Below are positions 1 through 7,650 of a DNA stretch of 44,107 bases, in pieces (the stretch's first letter is position 1; every line of letters begins with the position of its first letter). The stretch is taken from positions 1-44,107 of the IMG/VR virus record IMGVR_UViG_3300026302_000104. One strand, written 5' to 3'. Source of the DNA: a virus. A program made the translations under genes and the position numbers. The notes under the pieces were generated by a model, which saw only the letters and a program-made list of their open reading frames with translations, was not told the DNA's origin and searched no databases.

Positions 1-459
1 ATGCCGAAGCCACTTCCGAGTTACGTTCCCGCCGAGATCGCTTTCGAAATCGAACAAAGAGGGCTTTCAGGGCTAGCCGATTTCGCTATTTCAAAAGGGC
101 TTCCGCGCCATCGCCTTCATGCTCTCTTTGGAACGAGCCGCCATCCCAAGCTGAGGCCTTTTTTCAACCTGACACGCTTCGCGGGGATCAGTATGGATGC
201 CTTTTATAAGGAGGTAACGCGCGGCAAATTTCCGGAGCTGATAGAAAAAATCCTCTGGACGAAGCAAATTAAGAATATCTCTGAGCTCGAGAGGCTCGCA
301 GACGTCGGAAGAGACACGCTTCGCGCGAGGCTTGACGACAAATACACATCTTGGGACATGATCGAGGGCTACGCGGAGACCGCGGCGGCGTTAGATTGGA
401 GCTTCGAGAAGCTTTGCCGGGTGATGTTCTCGAACGCCGGCAAAGCAAAAGCCTCTTGA
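1..459 (+). CDS. Tandem XRE-like HTH protein, candidate repressor
   Basis: Two HTH-like units: LADFAISKGLPRHRLHALF..PKLRPFFNLTRFAGISMDAF and ISELERLADVGRDTLRARL..MIEGYAETAAALDWSFEKL. Confidence 0.6.
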   Translation: MPKPLPSYVPAEIAFEIEQRGLSGLADFAISKGLPRHRLHALFGTSRHPKLRPFFNLTRFAGISMDAFYKEVTRGKFPELIEKILWTKQIKNISELERLADVGRDTLRARLDDKYTSWDMIEGYAETAAALDWSFEKLCRVMFSNAGKAKAS

Positions 460-535
460 GGTATAATCAAACAACTATCGAATAGATAGCTCAGAAATGT
501 ATGGAAATCATATAGACTGCCGAACAGGCAGAATA

Positions 536-564
536 AAGAGCCCGAGCTATTGGCCCGGGCTCTT
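536..564. terminator. GC-rich hairpin downstream of gene 1, possible terminator or processing stem
   Basis: AAGAGCCCG (536-544) / CGGGCTCTT (556-564) inverted repeat; smaller CTGCC/GGCAG hairpin at 517-531. Confidence 0.5.
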
Positions 565-592
565 CTGGTTGTTGAGGTTTGGCTTAGTCCTC

Positions 593-781
593 GCCTGGCT
601 CGTATAGCTTGCCTGTTCTTAAATCTAGGGTTCGCTCTTCGCCGTTGAACCAAGTCCCGCGGGCTTCGTTGAGATTTCCGGGTAATAACCGAAGCGTTAC
701 TATTTCGGCGCCAAACCAACAAGGGGCGGCAACGTGAACGCTAGGAGCAAGAATCAAGATATCGAAATCCGGGCTTTTTTT
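593..781 (+). ncRNA. ssrS-like: 6S RNA-like rod-shaped non-coding RNA
   Basis: Interrupted closing stem 593-635 paired with 734-774, central bubble, TTGAACC (645-651) and GGCGCCAA (707-714) motifs, 182 nt followed by T7 (775-781). Confidence 0.65.
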
Positions 782-894
782 GGCTTCGATATATAGAAGG
801 GCGGCTTCGAGCGATATATACGATCAGCTCTGAAATTCGCTTAATCTGCGATTTTCTTCGATCTGAAAACACGGCGAACGGGTATTATTTTTAA

Positions 895-1031
895 GTCGCT
901 TTGAGCGACCGCAACCGAAGAAAAAAATTACACTTTCAGACCGCCCTGAAACCTAATCGAGCCGGGTTCGCCCGGCCCGGTTGCGGGGCGCCTAAACAAA
1001 CGAATCAGGCACTATATTTAGTGCCAGGAGG
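895..1031 (+). promoter_or_regulatory. Structured 5' leader of the early operon
   Basis: CCGCAACCG (909-917) / CGGTTGCGG (978-986) enclosing two hairpins; hairpin 1008-1025 abuts RBS AGGAGG (1026-1031); TATTAT at 883-888. Confidence 0.5.
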
Positions 1032-1037
1032 TTTTTC

Positions 1038-1259
1038 ATGCTTAATATTGTTGAGCCGAAGCAAACCATTTTTACTGATTCTGGCCGCGTTCGCGTAGTG
1101 CCGGCGGTCGGCGAATGCTGCGGAGTGCTCTTTGAGCTTAGGAGCTTTACGAATACTTGCGAGATATGCGGAGCCGACTACAGTAAAAACGGTTCGCGCT
1201 TGGCGCCTCGATCCTGTTGGGGCGAGGAAACCGGAGAGCATTGGTCGGAGTGTATCTAA
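1038..1259 (+). CDS. Small Cys-rich (Zn-ribbon-like) phage protein
   Basis: Strong RBS AGGAGG; CC and CEIC motifs; TAATG coupling to next gene. Confidence 0.75.
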   Translation: MLNIVEPKQTIFTDSGRVRVVPAVGECCGVLFELRSFTNTCEICGADYSKNGSRLAPRSCWGEETGEHWSECI

Positions 1260-1723
1260 TGAAAGAAGATCAAAAAACACAAATCGACGTTATCGTCGCG
1301 CGTCACGAAGGGCACGTTTGGATAGTCAAGACTAGACCGCCCGGCGCCGTTATGCTTTATCGATCGGCTTTCGACAAGGTGTCGAGGTCGTGGTCGCCTA
1401 TACCGATCGAAAAGCTTCGCCCCTTACTCGACTGCATTTTCGATCTTAAATTTCTGACTGAGCCCTCAACCTTTAATAAGGCTCGCTGCGTAAAGATAAA
1501 CGTCGATAACCGGAAATTATCAAGAGGGCTTCCGCTTGACTGCTACAGCTACGAAGAGGCGGCTAACATCCTGGGCGTTTCGCAATCACGGCTCGAGAGC
1601 TGGCTCGACAATCGCTTCCTGATCTCTGGTATCGCCGGTGGAGGCAAGAAGTACATTCCGAAGTGGCGCCTCGATCAGTTTGTGCGCGGGCCGTTCTACC
1701 GGGAATGGGCTAAAAGACGATGA
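1259..1723 (+). CDS. Protein with C-terminal excisionase/MerR-like HTH
   Basis: YSYEEAANILGVSQSRLESWL..KKYIPKWRLDQF; start re-called at ATG 1259 overlapping the upstream stop. Confidence 0.7.
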   Translation: MKEDQKTQIDVIVARHEGHVWIVKTRPPGAVMLYRSAFDKVSRSWSPIPIEKLRPLLDCIFDLKFLTEPSTFNKARCVKINVDNRKLSRGLPLDCYSYEEAANILGVSQSRLESWLDNRFLISGIAGGGKKYIPKWRLDQFVRGPFYREWAKRR

Positions 1724-1950
1724 AGCAAGCCGAAATCCTTTCCTGCCCGCAAGACCTCGAAGTCGTCCTTCGGAGCGGCTACGGATTTAACAAAATCAAA
1801 TTTGAGCCAAAGCTCCGGCAATGGTTCGAAGTATTTGAAACCGGCGGGCGACGCCGGATCTCAGTCGACACAATTAGAGCGCGAATCAAGCGAATGAGGA
1901 GCGCCAAGTTTTTTAGAAAGGCTATTTTGTCATATGATCGATCGATTTAA
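1720..1950 (+). CDS. Hypothetical basic protein
   Basis: ATGA overlap with upstream gene; operon position. Confidence 0.6.
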   Translation: MKQAEILSCPQDLEVVLRSGYGFNKIKFEPKLRQWFEVFETGGRRRISVDTIRARIKRMRSAKFFRKAILSYDRSI

Positions 1951-2440
1951 GGGAATACCGCTCACTATCCGCGAGCGGAACGTCCGCGACGCTCTAAACA
2001 GAGCTGAGGACTTTGGCAAGGAAATCGACGCGGCGAACCTGCGCTATCCTGAGAACGTCCCGATCGCCGGCGTCCATAACGCCAATTTGAACAAGCTTAT
2101 CGCCGGCGACTATATTAGATTAGTCAGGCGGTTCAATGATCTTTATCAAGCGCCGGAGGCCATCTTGACTAAAGATGGATATAAGATCTTCGTCTCCAGA
2201 TCGGGCAAGTATAGTTGTCCTGGTTGCGCTCGACAAAACCATTTTATAGTTCCGATAACTTCCTCAAATCCGGAGGCGGTCTCTTTGTTCTACGTTTGCC
2301 CGTGCGCCTCGGCTAAAGAAAAGAAGACTATTACAAGAGCGACATTCGACGAATTAACCGGGGATGTGAACAGCTACCGAGAACGATACAACAAGCGCGA
2401 TCCTGACGATTTCGCCGGGGGTGATAATGCCCAAAGTTGA
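1934..2440 (+). CDS. Hypothetical protein with CxxC/CxC motifs
   Basis: CPGC and CPC; overlaps both neighbours. Confidence 0.65.
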   Translation: MIDRFKGIPLTIRERNVRDALNRAEDFGKEIDAANLRYPENVPIAGVHNANLNKLIAGDYIRLVRRFNDLYQAPEAILTKDGYKIFVSRSGKYSCPGCARQNHFIVPITSSNPEAVSLFYVCPCASAKEKKTITRATFDELTGDVNSYRERYNKRDPDDFAGGDNAQS

Positions 2441-2771
2441 ACCATTGCCAGGGACGATGCTCGTCGCGGAAGCCGCAAAGCGCCTTGGCATTCATTCGCG
2501 GCTTCTATACAGCTGGCTAAATGACGGACTTATCGTTTTGGAGAGCGACGTCAAAATTTCTAACTACTACACTCAACACTCGATCACGGAAGCGGAGCTC
2601 GAGCAGATCAGAAGCTCCGCAATCTTTGGCGCATACATTCGCCGCCGGAAGTGGCGAGAGTACGCTTCGGAAGCTAAGCGAGCCAGGGATGAAGCGAAGA
2701 AGAAAACGCAAGAAGCGAAAGCTCTACGACTTGAATATTTAAGACTATACAGAGAGGCAAGAACCAAATGA
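2427..2771 (+). CDS. Excisionase/MerR-like HTH protein
   Basis: MLVAEAAKRLGIHSRLLYSWLNDGLI followed by a charged helix. Confidence 0.7.
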   Translation: MPKVEPLPGTMLVAEAAKRLGIHSRLLYSWLNDGLIVLESDVKISNYYTQHSITEAELEQIRSSAIFGAYIRRRKWREYASEAKRARDEAKKKTQEAKALRLEYLRLYREARTK

Positions 2772-2977
2772 CGAAATGTAGCTTTCCGCCGCATTATACG
2801 ACCTACGCGGGATCGGGGATTTCGTGCCCGGCTTGCGGCGAAGTGGATACGCCGATACCGCCCATGGTGGCAACCGTAACCCCTCCGGGTTTTGACCTGG
2901 TCGAGGAATGCTTCGGGGTCTTCGCGCTACTGCTCGCCGTCGCTACCCTGGCTTTATTCTTGGTACTAAAGAGATGA
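2768..2977 (+). CDS. Small Zn-ribbon protein with C-terminal membrane helix
   Basis: CPAC motif; FGVFALLLAVATLALFLVL; ATGA overlaps on both sides. Confidence 0.6.
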   Translation: MTKCSFPPHYTTYAGSGISCPACGEVDTPIPPMVATVTPPGFDLVEECFGVFALLLAVATLALFLVLKR

Positions 2978-3390
2978 CTATTCTAAAAGTATTAACCCAT
3001 CGCCTTCTACACTGCTTTACTTACTTGCTCGGCGGACCGCCGCAAGACTGCTACACAAAAGACGAGATCAATATTCTCTATGCTTCCGTTTTTAGTGCCG
3101 CGATCGTCGCTTTGTTCGACGACCCGATCGAAGAGCGAAGAGCTGACGAGTTAATTCAGTCGCTTATGCCGGCATTGCCGCTGGCCGCAAGTGGCGCGAA
3201 TGTACCGCGGAAAGATTTCGCTTCATGGCAAGGGGGCGTTTGCCGGTTGCTACTGATTGAAATCGCGAAGACTGAGGATCGAAGCCGTTTAGCAAAGCTA
3301 GCCGAGACGGTCGGAGGCTTTCGGCGCTTGGCTTCTATCGAATCTCATTCGCGAGAGATGGAAGCGAGGGCTCAGAATGCGAAAGAATAG
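2974..3390 (+). CDS. Hypothetical protein
   Basis: Start re-called at ATG 2974 (ATGA overlap). Confidence 0.6.
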   Translation: MTILKVLTHRLLHCFTYLLGGPPQDCYTKDEINILYASVFSAAIVALFDDPIEERRADELIQSLMPALPLAASGANVPRKDFASWQGGVCRLLLIEIAKTEDRSRLAKLAETVGGFRRLASIESHSREMEARAQNAKE

Positions 3391-3865
3391 ATCGTCGTGC
3401 CGAATTCGCTCTTATCGCGTATGGCTTGATTTCGACGAAAACAAAGACGATTCGAGAATTATCAACGCTCGATCAATAGGCGAAGCGAAATCGAAATATT
3501 TTAGCGCCGTTGCTGATTGCCTGACGGGTCTTAAGTTTACGCAAGTCCGAGCGAAGCTCTTTTCTCGCAGATTAAAAGGACCGATAATAACGGAAAGGTT
3601 TCGACACATAGCAGATTATAGAGGCATTCCGTTTGCGCGCCCTGGGCAGATCGCGAAATGGCGAGATGATTTTATACAGCTTGTGGACGGTTGCAGTAGC
3701 GGAAGCGCTCTTCTGTCGGCCCTCTTTTTGACCGGCCGTCATGCGCATGAAATTTTATCCGTCCATCCGGGCGAAATTGTTATTTGTGTTACCGGAACGG
3801 CTTCTAGAGTGCTTAGGAAGCCGAAATACTACGAGACGCCACATATTGAGGTCGAAAATGCCTAG
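3377..3865 (+). CDS. Hypothetical phage protein
   Basis: 162-aa ORF tiling the operon; GAGG upstream. Confidence 0.65.
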   Translation: MRKNRSSCRIRSYRVWLDFDENKDDSRIINARSIGEAKSKYFSAVADCLTGLKFTQVRAKLFSRRLKGPIITERFRHIADYRGIPFARPGQIAKWRDDFIQLVDGCSSGSALLSALFLTGRHAHEILSVHPGEIVICVTGTASRVLRKPKYYETPHIEVENA

Positions 3866-4406
3866 AAGAAAGAATGATTTCTATCCGACGCCTGAAGCGG
3901 CGACTTTCGCGCTTCTGAATTGCTTTCCGTATCTAATCAATCGGGACGTTTTGACTTACGAGCCTTGCGCCGGCGAGGGCGATATTTCGCGAGTGCTAAG
4001 AGCTGCAGGGATGAACGTATTCGAATCAGATATCGATCCTTCGTCGCCCCGGATTCTAAAAGAAGACGCGCGGACTATCAAGTATAACCCTGGCTCAATG
4101 GTGATCACGAATCCGCCTTTCAACCAAGCAATAGAGATAGTTAAAAATGCAGTCAGCCAAGCGCAAATTTGCGCTTTCTTCCTGCGGCTCTCTTTTCTTG
4201 AGCCCACGAAAGATCGCGGAGATTGGCTTAAAGATAATCCGCCGACCGGGTTGATCGTCTTGCCTCGAATTAGCTTCACCGGCGACGGAAGAAGCGACTC
4301 CGTTACTTGCGCTTGGATGATCTGGTTTCCATATTACGGGACTCAATTTATTGACGTAGTAACAAAGGAGAGGCTCGCCGGCATCGGTCGGCGAATTCTA
4401 AAATAA
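3858..4406 (+). CDS. DNA N6-adenine methyltransferase (small phage type)
   Basis: DFYPTP, SAM-binding YEPCAGEG, catalytic ITNPPF; RBS GAGGT before ATG 3858. Confidence 0.9.
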   Translation: MPRRKNDFYPTPEAATFALLNCFPYLINRDVLTYEPCAGEGDISRVLRAAGMNVFESDIDPSSPRILKEDARTIKYNPGSMVITNPPFNQAIEIVKNAVSQAQICAFFLRLSFLEPTKDRGDWLKDNPPTGLIVLPRISFTGDGRSDSVTCAWMIWFPYYGTQFIDVVTKERLAGIGRRILK

Positions 4407-4416
4407 GGAGGCGCTC

Positions 4417-4746
4417 TTGAACTACGAAGAAAATCAAGAAGATTGGAAAGTCGGCGATCTAGTCATTCACGACTCGGACGCTAAGCGCGATAACATGCTA
4501 ATGGTCGTGATCGGCAGATCGGATGTCTTCCCGACCATGCTTCGGACGATATACGTCGATCAAGATTACCATCAAGACTGCATGAAACGCGGTCGGCTAA
4601 AGGTTTGGCTCAACGATAAAAAATACTTACACGCTCCAGAGAGGTTTGGAATTAATGGAAGAAGAAAAGAAGGCATTGCCGGCAGTGGCACAAAAAACGA
4701 GTCTAATAGTGACGAAAGCGCCGACGCGCGGCGGCGTCCAGCTTAG
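4417..4746 (+). CDS. Hypothetical protein
   Basis: RBS AAGGAGG before TTG; WKVGDLV beta-barrel-like start. Confidence 0.65.
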   Translation: MNYEENQEDWKVGDLVIHDSDAKRDNMLMVVIGRSDVFPTMLRTIYVDQDYHQDCMKRGRLKVWLNDKKYLHAPERFGINGRRKEGIAGSGTKNESNSDESADARRRPA

Positions 4747-5626
4747 CAGTTATGACGAGATCTTAAAGGTCGCTCGGCTGTTCACCGCTGCCGGCATTAT
4801 CAAAGATTCAAAAGATGAGTCGGTCGCGGCGTTAAAGATTATGGCCGGTCTCGAGATGGGTTTAGCCCCTTTTGAAGCTGTAAACGGGCTTTATATCGGA
4901 CCGGGCGGGAAGGTTGAACCGTTCGCCGATTTGATCAAAAACAAGATCGCGCTATCTGGTCGATATTCTTTCAAGGTAATTGAGTATTCCGAAGAGAAAG
5001 AGGTCGTCGCCGTCGAATTCTACGAGAACGGAAAGAAGATCGAGCTCGAGGGGAATCCGATTCGATATACTCGCGAGATAGCGACAAAGCGAGGCTTCCT
5101 TGACGGACGCAATAGCAAAACTTGGAATTCTTGGTTTTGCCGGATGGCTTTCAAACAAGCGATTCGAGACGGAGCGACCTTGTTTATGCCGGGTTTATTA
5201 AATCTACATTCGCCGACGGTCGCGTCGCCTTCTGACGACCCGGAGCAAATTATAATTGAGACTATTGCAGAAAACAGGCTTGAAGGCGAGGCGGAAGCTA
5301 CGGCCGAGATCGTCGAAATGCTCGACACCGAGACCGGGGAAGTCACGGAAGAGCGAGTTAAGAAAGAGCCTACTACTACAGCAAGAGCGAAAGAAGTCGC
5401 CGCGGTAGCTCGAGAAGTAGGTCGAGAAGACATCGCGGAGAAGCGCGAAGCTCTGATCAAGATTACCAAAGCCGAGAAGAGTAAGCTCTACGCTTTCGCG
5501 CTGCAGCAAACGACCGTCAAGCCGGCGGACGTGCAAAAGTACATGAAAGATTACTTCGGTACAACCGATATAGATCAAGACCAGTTGAAGATCACTTACG
5601 ACTGGCTAAACGAACGGAGGAAATAA
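4655..5626 (+). CDS. RecT/Bet-like single-strand annealing protein
   Basis: KIMAGLEMGLAPFEAVNGLYI..GKV, W..W..RM..K.AIR..A..FMPG, DTETGEV linker; lies before Gam-like and RusA genes. Confidence 0.75.
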   Translation: MEEEKKALPAVAQKTSLIVTKAPTRGGVQLSSYDEILKVARLFTAAGIIKDSKDESVAALKIMAGLEMGLAPFEAVNGLYIGPGGKVEPFADLIKNKIALSGRYSFKVIEYSEEKEVVAVEFYENGKKIELEGNPIRYTREIATKRGFLDGRNSKTWNSWFCRMAFKQAIRDGATLFMPGLLNLHSPTVASPSDDPEQIIIETIAENRLEGEAEATAEIVEMLDTETGEVTEERVKKEPTTTARAKEVAAVAREVGREDIAEKREALIKITKAEKSKLYAFALQQTTVKPADVQKYMKDYFGTTDIDQDQLKITYDWLNERRK

Positions 5627-5632
5627 AACACG

Positions 5633-7213
5633 ATGACCGTAGATTGTTTTAAAGAGGAAGAAGAAAAATCCGTTTCGGTCGAAGAGGTCAATTGGCTGAT
5701 CGATAAAGCGATCGCCGCCGGCAAGACTCGCGGCTATGTTCTCGACCGAGTTTCGGAGCTCGGCGGATATCCGACAAGCCAGGTTTTCGGCGATGATTAT
5801 CGTCTTGTCGACGTGACGCATTTTCCGAAATCGAAATTCGAGGAGCTCTCGAAAGAGATAGCGGCTCTATCTAAAGTCGAATCTCGCCCGACTAACGAAG
5901 ACTGGTATCAGCTCGAGAAGGAAGCGGCCGAGCTCGGAATTAACGGCGCGCAAATTTTCACGATCGCGAAAGCGGTCGGCGTTGATATGACCGTCAAAAA
6001 ATCTTGTACTTGGGATGATCTCGACAAGGTCCGCGAAGCTGCCTACAAGTGGAAGCATCAAAGCCCGCCGAAGCCTGCGCCGGCGCGAGACGATCGAGAA
6101 GCTCAGGAAAAAATGGATCGCGCTCTCGAGGAGGTTTTCGGAGAATGCAAAGAAATAGCGGAACGATCGGAGACTTCGACGTCTACGATCCAAATGGAGA
6201 GTATTGGAAGCAGAACAGAAGCCAAGTCTGGGACGGAAGGCGATACGTCGATCCCGTCGACCTCTTCGACCGATTTCGCTCTCAACGAAAAAGCGAGGAC
6301 GGAAGCGTCGACTTCCTCTTCTTCTCCGGATATTGCGGGCTCCGAAAAATCGGAAGCCAACTCCTCTTTATCTGCCCATGCGGCGGTTGCATCATCCCAG
6401 AAAAAGCCGGGAAGATCGAAAAAATCCGCGCCGGCTTCAGAAGATGGATCTTCCGCGTCAAAGACTCCGTCGGCTACTTCTTCCGAAGATTGTTTAGTTG
6501 TTGACAACGATCCATCTAATTTCATTTGGAATCAATGGAAGAAGAAAGATATTGATCTCTTCGTGATCGGCTTTAATCAAGAGCTGAGAGCGAACGGATT
6601 TGCAGCATGGATCGAGCCGGTCAACGGACCCGAGCCGCATTTCGAAATTCATGTCGACGGCGGCGACGAGGTCGTTCGCGAGTCGGTGCGGCTTTTGATT
6701 CCGGAGGAGCAGATCCAGGCTCTAAAGAAAGCGTCGAAGCATGTGTTAAAGGCTCTTTACGGATTGAGTCGAAAAGCTTCCGAGCTCGCCGATCTGAAGG
6801 CGAATTTCGAAGCGATGAGGCGCGAAATCGAAGAAGCTCAAACCGCGATCCATAGCTGCTATGCTGCGGATATCGAAGAATGGGGTAAGCGAGTAGTCGA
6901 CAAGCACTATAAAAAGGCAGACGGAAGCTATTCGAAGAAGCTTGTTAAAACGCTTGCCGGCGTCATCGAGTTTCGCAAAACCGGCGGACTTAAGATCGAC
7001 GAAGAGAAGCTCGTCGCTTCGATTCTTGCGAAGCCGAAAGAAGAAAGAGAAATCTATCCGATCTCAGAGGATGTCGTCTATAAGCTAGACCTCGAAGCTT
7101 TCAAGCAAGCCGGCTATCACGAAATGGCCGAAGAGCTGCAGCTCGAAGGGATAGAGTTAACCGACGTCCAGGAGCTCGGCAAGGTGTCAATCCTCGCGAA
7201 GCCCTCGAGGTAA
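5633..7213 (+). CDS. Multidomain protein with C-terminal Mu Gam-like (host nuclease inhibitor) domain
   Basis: Coiled coil then KKLVKTLAGVIEFRKT..DEEKLV..VYKLDLEAFK, resembling Gam; long N-terminal extension with Ser-rich linker. Confidence 0.65.
   Translation: MTVDCFKEEEEKSVSVEEVNWLIDKAIAAGKTRGYVLDRVSELGGYPTSQVFGDDYRLVDVTHFPKSKFEELSKEIAALSKVESRPTNEDWYQLEKEAAELGINGAQIFTIAKAVGVDMTVKKSCTWDDLDKVREAAYKWKHQSPPKPAPARDDREAQEKMDRALEEVFGECKEIAERSETSTSTIQMESIGSRTEAKSGTEGDTSIPSTSSTDFALNEKARTEASTSSSSPDIAGSEKSEANSSLSAHAAVASSQKKPGRSKKSAPASEDGSSASKTPSATSSEDCLVVDNDPSNFIWNQWKKKDIDLFVIGFNQELRANGFAAWIEPVNGPEPHFEIHVDGGDEVVRESVRLLIPEEQIQALKKASKHVLKALYGLSRKASELADLKANFEAMRREIEEAQTAIHSCYAADIEEWGKRVVDKHYKKADGSYSKKLVKTLAGVIEFRKTGGLKIDEEKLVASILAKPKEEREIYPISEDVVYKLDLEAFKQAGYHEMAEELQLEGIELTDVQELGKVSILAKPSR
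6145..6504 (+). CDS. Candidate nested (overprinted) gene inside the Gam-like ORF
   Basis: GAGGAGGT..GGAGA upstream of ATG 6145; 119 codons; CPCGGC; coextensive with the Ser-rich linker of the host ORF. Confidence 0.45.
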   Translation: MQRNSGTIGDFDVYDPNGEYWKQNRSQVWDGRRYVDPVDLFDRFRSQRKSEDGSVDFLFFSGYCGLRKIGSQLLFICPCGGCIIPEKAGKIEKIRAGFRRWIFRVKDSVGYFFRRLFSC

Positions 7214-7218
7214 TCGTC

Positions 7219-7650
7219 TTGAGATTCTCCGGCGTGATCGAATTCAAATATAATTTTCCGCCCGTTTGGAAATTGCGGCCGCTCTTGACGGTTCGCTACG
7301 GTACACCGCGGGCGATACCAAAAGCCAAAACGGTTGCGTTTGAAAACAGGATCGCCGGAGAGACTCGTCGACAGCTCAAAGAGCAAGGGCTAGAGGGACA
7401 ATACACAAAGAAAGACGGCGATCGAGTCGCTATAGAAATCATATTCAAGTGCTCGACCTACGCCGGCGACTTAGACAACTACGAAAAGGCACTGATCGAC
7501 GGACTGAACAAAGCCGACCTGTTTTCCGACGACAATCTTGTCGACCTGATATTTAGCCGGCGGGTTTTCGTCAAGAAAGGCAAAGAGTCTATCCTCGTTC
7601 GCGTCGCGCGAATTGAGTCTCTAGAAGAAGGAATTTTTATACTCAAATGA
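7219..7650 (+). CDS. rusA: RusA-family Holliday junction resolvase
   Basis: GDLDNYEKALIDGLNKADLFSDDNLV motif. Confidence 0.9.
   Translation: MRFSGVIEFKYNFPPVWKLRPLLTVRYGTPRAIPKAKTVAFENRIAGETRRQLKEQGLEGQYTKKDGDRVAIEIIFKCSTYAGDLDNYEKALIDGLNKADLFSDDNLVDLIFSRRVFVKKGKESILVRVARIESLEEGIFILK

Noticed and set aside
369..1098. ORFs 369-722 (-) and 901-1098 (+)
   Set aside because: No RBS, Arg-rich or low-quality translations, and they overlap structured non-coding elements that explain the region better
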